Below are positions 38,825 through 48,062 of a stretch of DNA of 64,000 nt, piece by piece. Below the pieces are notes generated by a model. That model had not been told where the DNA came from and ran no database searches. It was given only the letters and a program-made list of their open reading frames with translations. This DNA comes from Acutalibacteraceae bacterium. Its GTDB lineage: Bacteria > Bacillota > Clostridia > Oscillospirales > Acutalibacteraceae. Position numbers and translations under genes: made by a program. How positions within the stretch are numbered: position 1 is the stretch's first letter; every line of letters starts with the position of its first letter. The stretch is taken from NCBI GenBank assembly GCA_045614505.1, contig JAZLDA010000086.1, positions 13,927 to 77,926 of the forward strand. The letters run 5' to 3'.

Positions 38825-40243
38825 ATGACTAAATTAAATATTACAGATACTATACTCCGTGACGCTCATCAGTCTCAGGCAGCAACCCGTATGCGCATTG
38901 AGGATATGCTCCCTGCCCTCGAGAAGCTGGATAAACTCGGCTATTGGTCGGTTGAGTGTTGGGGCGGTGCTACTTTTGACGTATGTATGCGTTTCCTTAA
39001 CGAAGACCCATGGGAAAGACTGCGTACCATCAAGAAGGCTATGCCAAACACCAAACTTCAGATGTTGCTTCGCGGTCAGAATATTTTAGGCTACAAGCAC
39101 TATGCTGATGACGTTGTTGATGCTTTCGTTAAGAAGTCCATTGAAAACGGTATTGATGTTATCCGTATTTTCGACGCTCTTAACGACCCCCGTAATATGG
39201 AGCAGGCTATGAAGTCCTGTAAGAAATACGGCGGTATTTGTGAAGCCGCAATGAGCTACACAATCAGCCCCGTTCATAACGAGGATTATTTCGTAGAGCT
39301 TGCAAAAACTCTTGAAAAGATGGGCGCAGATGTTATCTGTATTAAAGATATGGCGAATTTGCTTCTTCCCTATGACGCATATTCTCTTGTTAAAAAGCTG
39401 AAAGCGGCTGTTAAGTGCCCCATTCATCTTCACACCCACAACACCACCGGCACCGGTGATATGACCTACCTTATGGCCGCTCAGGCAGGTGTTGATATTG
39501 TTGATACTGCACTCTCTCCCTTTGGTAACGGTACAGCTAACCCTGCTACCGAGGCTCTCGTTGCCACCCTTAAAGGCACCGAGCGTGATACCGGACTCGA
39601 CCTTGATGCTCTTGCTGACGTTGCTGCCCATTTCCGCGGCGTTGCAGACAAAATGAAGGCTGACGGTACACTTGACCCCAAGGTATTAAGTGTTGATACC
39701 AAGACCCTTATATATCAGGTCCCCGGCGGTATGCTTTCCAATATGCTTGGTCAGTTAAAGCAGGCAGGCAAAGAGGATAAGTATTACGACGTTCTTGCAG
39801 AGGTACCGAAGGTAAGAAAAGACTTTGGTTATCCTCCCCTTGTAACTCCGACCAGTCAGATCGTCGGAACACAGGCTGTTATGAACGTTATCGCAGGCGA
39901 GCCTTATAAAATGGTTCCCAAGGAGTCCAAAGGACTTCTCCGCGGTGAATACGGCACTCTCCCTGCTGAAGTCAACGAGGATGTACGCAAAAAGTGCATC
40001 GGTGACGACGAGGTAATAACCTGTCGTCCTGCAGACCTTATTGAGCCTGAGCTTGAAAAGTACAAGGCTGAGGCAGGCGACCTTGCAAAGTGTGAGGAAG
40101 ATGTATTAAGCTACGCTCTCTTCCCTCAGGTTGCTTCCAAGTTCCTCGAAACCAAATACGGCAAAAAGGAAGAACCTTCTCCTGCCGCAAATGTGGATGA
40201 AAACGGTGTTCGCACCCTTATTGTAGAAGACCTTTCTAAATAA
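38825..40243 (+). CDS. oadA: Oxaloacetate decarboxylase alpha / 5S carboxyltransferase subunit (no fused biotin domain)
   Basis: 472 aa. ITDTILRDAHQSQ, HLHTHNTTG, and the association/PYC_OADA domain. Confidence 0.88.
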   Translation: MTKLNITDTILRDAHQSQAATRMRIEDMLPALEKLDKLGYWSVECWGGATFDVCMRFLNEDPWERLRTIKKAMPNTKLQMLLRGQNILGYKHYADDVVDAFVKKSIENGIDVIRIFDALNDPRNMEQAMKSCKKYGGICEAAMSYTISPVHNEDYFVELAKTLEKMGADVICIKDMANLLLPYDAYSLVKKLKAAVKCPIHLHTHNTTGTGDMTYLMAAQAGVDIVDTALSPFGNGTANPATEALVATLKGTERDTGLDLDALADVAAHFRGVADKMKADGTLDPKVLSVDTKTLIYQVPGGMLSNMLGQLKQAGKEDKYYDVLAEVPKVRKDFGYPPLVTPTSQIVGTQAVMNVIAGEPYKMVPKESKGLLRGEYGTLPAEVNEDVRKKCIGDDEVITCRPADLIEPELEKYKAEAGDLAKCEEDVLSYALFPQVASKFLETKYGKKEEPSPAANVDENGVRTLIVEDLSK

Positions 40244-40248
40244 GTTTC

Positions 40249-40281
40249 AAAAACCTCCGAGAAATTCTCGGAGGTTTTTTA
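40249..40281 (+). terminator. Terminator of the decarboxylase operon
   Basis: AAAACCTCCGAG-AAATTC-TCGGAGGTTTTTT. Confidence 0.85.
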
Positions 40282-40317
40282 TTGCCAATAAAGGCAAATT
40301 ATGATATACTTTTTTAG

Positions 40318-41487
40318 GTGATTATTTTGACTGAAAAGTTATATGACAACAATGCTTATTTAACAGAATTTAAGGCAGACGTAATTTCCTGCACTCCTTG
40401 TGAAAAGGGATATAAAGTAATACTAAACAGAACTGCATTTTTCCCCGAAGAGGGCGGACAATACAGCGACAAGGGATTTTTGAATGATGCAGCTGTTTTT
40501 GATGTGCAAATCGAAAACGGCAATCTTGTTCATTACTGTTCTGATTCTTTGAGCGGTGAAGTTCTCGGCAAAATTGACTTTGACAGGCGTTTTCGCAATA
40601 TGCAAAACCACACAGGCGAGCATATTATATCCGGCATTATTCACTCCCTGTTCGGCGGTGAAAATGTAGGCTTTCATTTAGGCGACATTGAGGTCACCTG
40701 CGATTACGATATAGAGCTCAGTGAGGAGCAGTTAAAAATTGTTGAACTTGAGGCAAATAAAACCGTATACCACAATCTATCCGTCACGGCATACTACCCC
40801 ACCGAAGAGGAAATTAAAGATATAAATTACCGCAGTAAAAAGGAAATAGAGGAAGACCTTAGAATAGTCACAATTGAATCGGTGGACTGCTGTGCCTGTT
40901 GTGCGCCCCATGTAAAAACCACCGGTGAAATCGGCATTATAAAAATCCTTTCTTCAATGAGACTTCGCGGCGGAGTACGCCTCTTTATAGCCTGCGGACT
41001 TGATGCTTTTACCGATTATTCTTTAAAGCATAGCCAAATAAAAGCTATTTCCTCCCTCTTAGCGGCAAAAAGCAATGAATGTGCCACAGGTGTAGAAAGA
41101 CTTATAGACAGCCTTAAAGCAGAAAAGTATCATTCAAATCTGCTTTCATCACAAGTAGCTCAGATTAAAATAGAAAAAATCCAAAACACTCACAAGGATA
41201 TTATTATTTTTACTGCCAAATGTGACACCAAAACACTCAGAGAGCTTGTGAACAAGGCAAAAGAAAAAAGCGGCAATATTTGTGCCGCTTTCAGTGGGAA
41301 CGATAATGAGGGTTATTCCTATATTATCCACAGCAAAAATTCTGATATATGCGCTTTGGCAAAGGATATAAATGAAAAGCTCAGTGGCCGCGGCGGCGGG
41401 AAAAGCCCTATGATTCAGGGCAGTGTCAAAGCCGCAAAGGAGACTATTAAAGAATACTTTGACAACGCCGTATTTTTTGAACTTTAA
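40318..41487 (+). CDS. alaX: Alanyl-tRNA editing protein AlaX-L (editing domain plus DHHA1)
   Basis: HTGEHIISG and CCACCAPH zinc motifs; C-terminal GGGKSPMIQG. The real start is probably TTG 40327 (AGGTGA SD 5 nt upstream). TTGCCA-17-TATACT promoter upstream. Confidence 0.82.
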   Translation: MIILTEKLYDNNAYLTEFKADVISCTPCEKGYKVILNRTAFFPEEGGQYSDKGFLNDAAVFDVQIENGNLVHYCSDSLSGEVLGKIDFDRRFRNMQNHTGEHIISGIIHSLFGGENVGFHLGDIEVTCDYDIELSEEQLKIVELEANKTVYHNLSVTAYYPTEEEIKDINYRSKKEIEEDLRIVTIESVDCCACCAPHVKTTGEIGIIKILSSMRLRGGVRLFIACGLDAFTDYSLKHSQIKAISSLLAAKSNECATGVERLIDSLKAEKYHSNLLSSQVAQIKIEKIQNTHKDIIIFTAKCDTKTLRELVNKAKEKSGNICAAFSGNDNEGYSYIIHSKNSDICALAKDINEKLSGRGGGKSPMIQGSVKAAKETIKEYFDNAVFFEL

Positions 41488-42173
41488 ACCTTAAAAATGC
41501 GGTTATATCCCTCACATTTTGCCATTGAGCAAAAATCATCACGGGTGACAATAAAGTGATCCTTGAGGCGCACACCGATACTCTGCAGAACATCTTTGAT
41601 TCTTTCTGTAGATTCTACATCTTCTCGTGATGGAAATGCGACATTTCCGGGATGATTATGCGCCACCACTACCTCAGTAGCCTTTGAATTCAGAGCAATT
41701 TCCATAAGCTTTCTGGAGTTTAAAGGAACATTGCTGATGTCACCTTCGCATACCACCTCAACATTCAGCACCTTGCCTCTGCTGTCAAGACACATAACCA
41801 CAAGTTTTTCCACCTCGGCATTAGCCAGATAAAGCTGAAAATATGTACCGAACTCATCAACACTGGTCATATACGACTTATCGCCGCTCTTCTCAATCTG
41901 ATAGGTAACAGAGGCTTCCTTAATCATTTTAAAAAGATAGAAAGTACGGTTAGTAACGTGCTTGAATTTTGTCAGTTCTGATTCCGGTGCATCCATAACG
42001 CCAGCTATATTATGATATTTCTGAAGAAGTTCGTGAGCCGTTACATTGGTATCAGGTCTCGGAATTGAAAAGAAAAGAATTATTTCAAGTTTCTCGTGTT
42101 CCTCAAGTCCCGCAAAACCGTTTTTTGCAAACTTTTTAAAAACTCTTTCTCTGTGTCCGTCGTGAACGCCCAT
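41484..42173 (-). CDS. radC: RadC-like JAB/MPN-domain protein
   Basis: 229 aa. HhH-like N-terminal region and a JAMM motif VVAHNHPGNVAFPSREDVESTERI. Confidence 0.85.
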   Translation of the reverse strand: MGVHDGHRERVFKKFAKNGFAGLEEHEKLEIILFFSIPRPDTNVTAHELLQKYHNIAGVMDAPESELTKFKHVTNRTFYLFKMIKEASVTYQIEKSGDKSYMTSVDEFGTYFQLYLANAEVEKLVVMCLDSRGKVLNVEVVCEGDISNVPLNSRKLMEIALNSKATEVVVAHNHPGNVAFPSREDVESTERIKDVLQSIGVRLKDHFIVTRDDFCSMAKCEGYNRIFKV

Positions 42174-42247
42174 TTGCTTACCTCTTTCGAATAATACTAT
42201 TGATTATTTTACTACTTATTTGTCAATATTTCAAGGTGATTTTACTT

Positions 42248-43210
42248 ATGAAAGAATTTATTATTTCTCAAAACGATGCCGGACAAAGGCTGGACAAGTT
42301 TATAGCAAAAACAATGCCCGCGTTACCAAAGGCTTTGATGTATAAATTCATTCGCACAAAGCATATTAAGCTAAACGGTAAAAAAGGCGAAATCAGCGCT
42401 AAACTTAATGTAGGAGACAAGATTACCGCATATATTTCCGATGAATTTTTTGCTCCCGTAAAGCCTAAATATGATTTTTTATCGGCAAGCGACAGTATAA
42501 ACATTGTTTATGAAGATGAAAATATACTTCTTGCCGACAAGCCTCAGGGACTTCTCTCCCACCCTGACGAAAATGAATACAATGATACCCTTATAACCCG
42601 TATTCAGAAATATCTTTATAACAAAGGCGAGTACGACCCCGCGCGTGAAAATTCCTTCAAGCCATCCCTTGCAAACCGAATTGACAGAAATACCGGCGGA
42701 ATAGTTATTGCCGCAAAAAATGCCGAAGCACTGCGTATTTTGTGCGATAAAATAAAGTCCCGCGAAATTGATAAAAGATATTTAACCGTTGTTCACGGCA
42801 CCCCAAAAGAAAAAGAAACTCTTCTGGAGGGGTATCTTCAGAAAAACAGCGATAAAAACAAAGTGTATCTGCAAAAAAATAAAACCGACAGTAACCTCAC
42901 GGTTAAAACCTATTATCGTACACTTAAAAGCAAGAACGGTCTTTCTCTTCTTGAAATCGAGCTTTTAACAGGAAGAACTCATCAGATACGCGCCCATATG
43001 GCAAGTATCGGTCATCCTCTGCTGGGGGACGGAAAATACGGAAAACTTAAAGAAGACAAAAAGCTGGGCTTTAATAAGCAAGCGCTTTATTCCTATAAAC
43101 TCACATTCACTTTTGAGAGCGATGCAGGTATACTGAGTTACTTAAACGGCAAAACCTTTGCGGTTAAAGAAGTATGGTTTGCAAAACAGCTTTTCGGATT
43201 TATTATTTAA
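42248..43210 (+). CDS. RluA-family pseudouridine synthase with N-terminal S4 domain
   Basis: S4-like QRLDKFIAK...; catalytic ANRIDRNTGGIVIAAK; GRTHQIRAH. Start trimmed to ATG 42248. Confidence 0.85.
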   Translation: MKEFIISQNDAGQRLDKFIAKTMPALPKALMYKFIRTKHIKLNGKKGEISAKLNVGDKITAYISDEFFAPVKPKYDFLSASDSINIVYEDENILLADKPQGLLSHPDENEYNDTLITRIQKYLYNKGEYDPARENSFKPSLANRIDRNTGGIVIAAKNAEALRILCDKIKSREIDKRYLTVVHGTPKEKETLLEGYLQKNSDKNKVYLQKNKTDSNLTVKTYYRTLKSKNGLSLLEIELLTGRTHQIRAHMASIGHPLLGDGKYGKLKEDKKLGFNKQALYSYKLTFTFESDAGILSYLNGKTFAVKEVWFAKQLFGFII

Positions 43211-43222
43211 AGGAGCTCATTG

Positions 43223-44185
43223 ATGACAGCAGAATTCACCTACCCCACATTAAAGCACCCCAGAAAAGTATTTTCAAGAATAGGACTTGCTCTTTTTCTC
43301 TACTTTACAGTGGTATATCTTTCAAGCTATATTTTCAGTTTTCTTTCATTCAAATTCATTACAGAATTTTATAACAGCAGTTATTTTGTATGGGTAAATA
43401 TGGTGTTGTGCCAGTATCTTATCGGTGTTCCGGTAGTACGCCTTACACTCATAGGACTTCCTACATATAAATACATTAAAGAAAAAATGGGCTTTTCTAA
43501 GCTGTTTGCCGCCTTTATTATATGCCAAGGTCTGTCCTATGCGGGTAACCTTATAGGCACCGCGCTGAACAGCGGCATTTCCACAGCACTCGGCAAGGAA
43601 ATAGAAAACACAGTGGACACCCTTATTAAAGACAGTAACATTATAATACTTTTACTTGTTGTGGGTATTATCGGTCCCGTTATGGAAGAGCTTATCTTCA
43701 GAAAGTTTATAATTGACCGAATACGCCCCTACGGTGAGGTTTTGGCGGTGCTGTTTTCGGGAATCACCTTCGGAATGTTCCACGGAAATTTCTATCAGTT
43801 CTTTTATGCCACTGCCATAGGAATTGTTCTTGCATTTGTTTATATCAGAACAAAAAACATTCTTTTTCCCGCTTTACTCCACTGCGCCTTTAACACAGTA
43901 TCTGTACTGGGTCAGGCATTTATAAACGGAAGTGAAGACGATACACTGCCGAAAATTATTAACTACCTCTGTACCGGAGCATACTATCTGTTAAGTATCG
44001 GTATGCTTGTAATAACCGTTCTGGGTATTATAAAATTCATAAAATCAATTAAAAAAGTTTATTTTATAAAAAACATTCACGATATTCCGAGAAACAAAGC
44101 CTTTTTGTATTCCTGCATAAACATAGGAATGATTTTATTTTCTATCACTGTTTTGGCAGAATTTGCAATGAGTATATTCCTGTAA
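43223..44185 (+). CDS. CPBP-family intramembrane glutamic endopeptidase (Abi/CAAX protease-like)
   Basis: MEELIFRKF, FGMFH and HCAFN motifs on a polytopic scaffold. AAAGGAG SD 7 nt before ATG 43223. Confidence 0.8.
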   Translation: MTAEFTYPTLKHPRKVFSRIGLALFLYFTVVYLSSYIFSFLSFKFITEFYNSSYFVWVNMVLCQYLIGVPVVRLTLIGLPTYKYIKEKMGFSKLFAAFIICQGLSYAGNLIGTALNSGISTALGKEIENTVDTLIKDSNIIILLLVVGIIGPVMEELIFRKFIIDRIRPYGEVLAVLFSGITFGMFHGNFYQFFYATAIGIVLAFVYIRTKNILFPALLHCAFNTVSVLGQAFINGSEDDTLPKIINYLCTGAYYLLSIGMLVITVLGIIKFIKSIKKVYFIKNIHDIPRNKAFLYSCINIGMILFSITVLAEFAMSIFL

Positions 44186-44217
44186 ACTGCCTACACTAAC
44201 AGTGAAAGGTGAGTTTG

Positions 44218-44415
44218 ATGAAGAAAAAAGAGGAATTTCCCACTACATTTGTGTCCGTTCCTATTATGGGTGAGCCCGAAAACGTATCGGAGCTACTTAA
44301 TAAATACGGAACCTATGAAATCCAGCCTACAGCCGATACCGAAAATTTGTATCCGGCGATTGCGCAAGGGCTGGCAAAAAAGGACAGAAATATAGAACGC
44401 GATCAAAAAACTTAA
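44218..44415 (+). CDS. Hypothetical 65-aa soluble acidic protein
   Basis: AAAGGTGAG SD before ATG 44218. MKKKEEFPTTFVSVPIMGEPENVSELLNKYGTYEIQPTADTENLYPAIAQGLAKKDRNIERDQKT. No family recognised. A strong terminator follows. Confidence 0.5.
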   Translation: MKKKEEFPTTFVSVPIMGEPENVSELLNKYGTYEIQPTADTENLYPAIAQGLAKKDRNIERDQKT

Positions 44416-44422
44416 CCCTTTC

Positions 44423-44454
44423 CAAGCCCCGCAACAGCGGGGCTTGCTTTTTTA
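44423..44454 (+). terminator. Rho-independent terminator
   Basis: CAAGCCCCGC-AACA-GCGGGGCTTG followed by CTTTTTT. A second, oppositely acting hairpin lies at 44462-44489. Confidence 0.8.
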
Positions 44455-44492
44455 AAATAACAAACGCAGATGCCGCGGCATCTGCGTTTCAT

Positions 44493-45095
44493 TTAAATTT
44501 CTTCACGCACTTCAATTATTCCGTTGCTGTGATAAAGACTCGGGGTAACTACAACCTCGTATCCTCTGCCAAAATCGCTTGTCCATTCAAGACTTCTTCG
44601 TCTGGGAAGCGCACAGCAGGAAAGCAGGGTCATAATTGCGCCTCCGTGCATAATAACGGCGGCTTTATGGATTCCGCAAGACATCATATCCTCAACTACT
44701 TCATGGAAGCCGAGGCAAATTCTTTTTGCAAACTCGGTGGAATCTTCTCCGCCCGGAGGTGAGGAAATCTGACCTGAGGTCCATTTGTAAAAATCAGGGT
44801 TACTTTCAAGCTGAAGAGCGGTTTTTCCTTCAAATTCCCCGAAATTGTATTCCATAAGATTATCCACACTGTCCGCCTCCTGATGAGGATAAAGCACATT
44901 TGCAGTTTGACGGCATCTAAGCAGAGGGCTTGTATAAACCTTTTCTACAAAAGGATACTGAATTTTATCCTTTAAGTTTGTCAGGGCGGCAACTCCGCTT
45001 AAAGAAAGGGGCAAATCGGTAACACCGATATATTCGCCTCTTGCATTTCCGTCTGTAGCACCGTGACGGATTAAGTATATCTTATACGTCTTCAT
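44493..45095 (-). CDS. Histidine phosphatase family protein (phosphoglycerate-mutase-like)
   Basis: 200 aa. LIRHGATDGN catalytic RHG motif and a downstream H (MHGGAI). Overlaps the hemW stop by 14 nt. Confidence 0.8.
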   Translation of the reverse strand: MKTYKIYLIRHGATDGNARGEYIGVTDLPLSLSGVAALTNLKDKIQYPFVEKVYTSPLLRCRQTANVLYPHQEADSVDNLMEYNFGEFEGKTALQLESNPDFYKWTSGQISSPPGGEDSTEFAKRICLGFHEVVEDMMSCGIHKAAVIMHGGAIMTLLSCCALPRRRSLEWTSDFGRGYEVVVTPSLYHSNGIIEVREEI

Positions 45096-46209
45096 ACATA
45101 TCCTCCTCTGTCATTTCACAGATAATAGAATTTGAAACAAGCATACCCTTATGAGTAAGATAAAAATTATCTCCTCTCAGAACCGCTAAACCGTTTTCCT
45201 TAAATAACTCTGCTTTTTCATAAAACCTATGGGAATATTTTTTGCCGTAAATTTTCTTAAGCTTTGATTCTCTTATTCCCTCTTTAAGGCGCAGAGCCAG
45301 CATTATATATTCAGCCATATCTCCGCCATAGCCGTCTTCTTCTGTTTCTGGACAGTTTATAAATCCCTTTAAATCGGATTTATAATGAAATCGTTTACCG
45401 TCAATAAAGGAATATGCTGAGGGGCCTATTCCGATATACTCCTGCGCTCTCCAATACTTTAAATTATGACGGCTCTCTTTTGAGGGCTTTGCGAAATTGG
45501 ATATTTCGTAGTGGTCGTATCCGTTTTTTGAGAATATATCACAAATCTTCAGATATTCCTCGCTGATAGCTTCTTCATCGGGAAAGTGGAGTTTATCTTG
45601 CTTTGCAAACAAAGCGGTTTTCTCCTCTAAAATAAGCATATAGCAGGAAATATGTTCAGGACACAGGTCAACTATTTCCTTTGCCGTCTGCAGACTTTCC
45701 GCTACGCTTTGTTCGGGAAGAGAAAGCATAAGGTCAACGGTTATGTTATCAAATCCTGCTTCTCTCGCCTTTTTAAAAGCAGTTATGCAGTCTTCACCGC
45801 TGTGGCGTCTGCCCAAAGTTTTAAGGGTATTATTACTCAGTGACTGAATCCCTATAGACAGTCTGTTAAAGCCCGCATTTTTGACACTTCGAAAAAATTC
45901 ATCTTCCGCATCCTCAGGGTTAAGTTCAAGAGTTATTTCCGCATCAGCAGAAACCTTGAAAGCATCTTTAACGGTGAAAAGCAAATCACTGAGTATATCT
46001 GCGCCAAAAACTGAGGGGGTTCCGCCTCCGAAATATACAGTATCGGCAGGGCGAGACAGAGCCCCACCCCACCGATAGATTTCTTCTTTCAGCCGAGAAA
46101 TGTACTTTTCCATAACCTCACTGTGACACATAGCCGTGTAAAAATCGCAGTAGGCGCACCTTTTTCGGCAAAAAGGAATATGAATATAAACTCCGACTGA
46201 TTTAGTCAA
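45082..46209 (-). CDS. hemW: Radical SAM heme chaperone HemW (oxygen-independent coproporphyrinogen oxidase-like)
   Basis: YIHIPFCRKRCAYCDFY cluster motif and an HemN_C domain. The track ORF extends to 46284. I prefer the TTG start at 46209 (GAGGG SD 8 nt upstream; MTKSVGVYIHIPFC matches the usual short N-terminus). Start uncertain. Confidence 0.8.
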   Translation of the reverse strand: MTKSVGVYIHIPFCRKRCAYCDFYTAMCHSEVMEKYISRLKEEIYRWGGALSRPADTVYFGGGTPSVFGADILSDLLFTVKDAFKVSADAEITLELNPEDAEDEFFRSVKNAGFNRLSIGIQSLSNNTLKTLGRRHSGEDCITAFKKAREAGFDNITVDLMLSLPEQSVAESLQTAKEIVDLCPEHISCYMLILEEKTALFAKQDKLHFPDEEAISEEYLKICDIFSKNGYDHYEISNFAKPSKESRHNLKYWRAQEYIGIGPSAYSFIDGKRFHYKSDLKGFINCPETEEDGYGGDMAEYIMLALRLKEGIRESKLKKIYGKKYSHRFYEKAELFKENGLAVLRGDNFYLTHKGMLVSNSIICEMTEEDMYEDV

Positions 46210-46777
46210 GAATTTCGCCCTCGCAGGAACCGGGGATAGCTGCAGCATTTGCTTCATCGGTATCAAGGTGCATAGCAAGAGCATAGCTTTTACTTACGCG
46301 TGCTACAACGTCACCGAAAACAAGGCTTCTGCCCTCGGTGGGAATCTTAACGGAAACAATCTGCTTATCAACAATACCGTATTTCTCGGCATCCTCGGGA
46401 GTCATATGTATATGACGCTTAGCGGCAATAACACCCTCAGTGATTTCAACCTCACCGCAAGGACCTACAAGCTTGCATCCGGGGCTTCCTGCAAGGTCGC
46501 CCGACTCGCGGATAGGTGCGGCAACACCGATGCTTCTGGCTTCGGTTAAAGAAATTTCAACCTGAGTCTGAGGACGGCAGGGACCGAGAATTGAAACACC
46601 CTTAATTTCTCTCTTGGGACCTACAACGGTAACTCTTTCTTCGCAGGCGAACTGACCGGGCTGAGAAAGGTCCTTTTTGTTGGTGAGTTTATGACCCTTA
46701 CCGAAAAGGATTTCAAGGTCTTTTTCGCTTACGTGAACGTGATGAGCAGAAATTTCAACTAAAACTGTCTTTTTCAT
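46202..46777 (-). CDS. pduL: PduL-type phosphate acyltransferase (propanoyl/acetyl)
   Basis: 191 aa. Two PduL repeats: ISAHHVHVS and AKRHIHMTPEDA. Confidence 0.85.
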   Translation of the reverse strand: MKKTVLVEISAHHVHVSEKDLEILFGKGHKLTNKKDLSQPGQFACEERVTVVGPKREIKGVSILGPCRPQTQVEISLTEARSIGVAAPIRESGDLAGSPGCKLVGPCGEVEITEGVIAAKRHIHMTPEDAEKYGIVDKQIVSVKIPTEGRSLVFGDVVARVSKSYALAMHLDTDEANAAAIPGSCEGEILD

Positions 46778-46907
46778 TCTATTACTTCCTTCTTATTTGT
46801 ATTTTTTACTCTTCTATTGTACCATATTTTTCAAGAGATTCAAGTAAAATATAGACTTTTTTATTTCGGAATGATATAATTTAATATAACAGTGAGGTGT
46901 CTTAATT

Positions 46908-48023
46908 ATGAAATGTATTATAAACGGAAAAATCATAACCCCAAACGAAATATTAGAAAACAAAGCAATAATTTTTGATAAAAAAATTATAGATATCTGC
47001 GGCAAAGAAAATATCCCTGAGGGTGTCGAGATAATCGACGCAAAGGGAGGTTTTGTCTGCCCCGGATTTATCAGCACCCACATCCACGGCTGTATGAACT
47101 GTGACGTAGAAGACGGCAGTGTTGAGAGCCTTAACACTATTTCAAATCACCTTCTCTCTACAGGTGTAACCTCCTGGTGCCCCACTCTTTGCACCGTTGA
47201 CATGCCTGCCTTTGAAAAGGCTTTAACTGCCGCAAGAAAAGCAAAGGAAAACGGTGAGGGCGCAAAAATCATTGGACTTTACCTTGAGGGAATTTTCTTA
47301 AGCAAAGCAAAAAAAGGTGCTCACAGAGAAGAATGGCTGAGAACACCCGACGCTGATATGGTAATAAAAAACAAGGATATCATAAGCCTTGTTATCTGTG
47401 CTCCCGAGCTCGGCGGCGCAGAGGAATTTATAAAGGCTGTAACAAGTGAGGGTATAAGGGTTGCTGTTGGTCACAGCAATGCCGATTACTCAGAGACTAA
47501 AAAAGCAATCGACGCCGGCGCAACCGACACTACCCATCTTTTTAACGCCACCTCTCCCCTTTCTCACAGAGACCCCGGACTTCCCGGTGCAGTACTCTCT
47601 GACAGCAGAGTATATACCGAGCTTATTTGCGACAATTTCCATGTAAGCAACGCACTTTATGATATTGTTTATAAACTTAAAGGCGATAAGCTGATTTTCA
47701 TTACCGACTCAATTCGTCCTGCAGGTATGCCCGACGGAGAATATATTCAGGGCGGACTTCACGTTACTAAAAATGGTGCCGAGTGCCGACTTGACGACGG
47801 TACTATTGCAGGAAGCGTACTTGATTTAAATAAGGGAATTGCAAATGTCAAAAATAACAGCAGTATTCCCCTTAATGAAATAATCAACGCCGTTTCTCTT
47901 AATCCTGCTAAAATGCTGGGTGCAGACAGTAAAATCGGCTCTCTGGAAGTAGGCAAAACCGCCGACATTGTTGTAGCTGATGAAGAGTTTAATATTATAA
48001 AAGTATTCAAAAACGGAAAATAG
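46908..48023 (+). CDS. nagA: N-acetylglucosamine-6-phosphate deacetylase
   Basis: 371 aa. PGFISTHIHG, GLYLEG, VGHSNA, THLFNA and FITDS motifs. Confidence 0.9.
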   Translation: MKCIINGKIITPNEILENKAIIFDKKIIDICGKENIPEGVEIIDAKGGFVCPGFISTHIHGCMNCDVEDGSVESLNTISNHLLSTGVTSWCPTLCTVDMPAFEKALTAARKAKENGEGAKIIGLYLEGIFLSKAKKGAHREEWLRTPDADMVIKNKDIISLVICAPELGGAEEFIKAVTSEGIRVAVGHSNADYSETKKAIDAGATDTTHLFNATSPLSHRDPGLPGAVLSDSRVYTELICDNFHVSNALYDIVYKLKGDKLIFITDSIRPAGMPDGEYIQGGLHVTKNGAECRLDDGTIAGSVLDLNKGIANVKNNSSIPLNEIINAVSLNPAKMLGADSKIGSLEVGKTADIVVADEEFNIIKVFKNGK

Positions 48024-48061
48024 AAAAATGCAGTATAGCGTTTGCTATACTGCATTTTTTA
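48024..48061. terminator. Bidirectional terminator (nagA / atp operon)
   Basis: AAAAATGCAGTATAGC-GTTT-GCTATACTGCATTTTT. Confidence 0.85.
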
Positions 48062-48062
48062 T

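Noticed and set aside
41484-42173. RadC as part of a competence or defence island
   Set aside because: It is a single gene with an intact JAMM motif among housekeeping genes, with no partner genes that would suggest a system.
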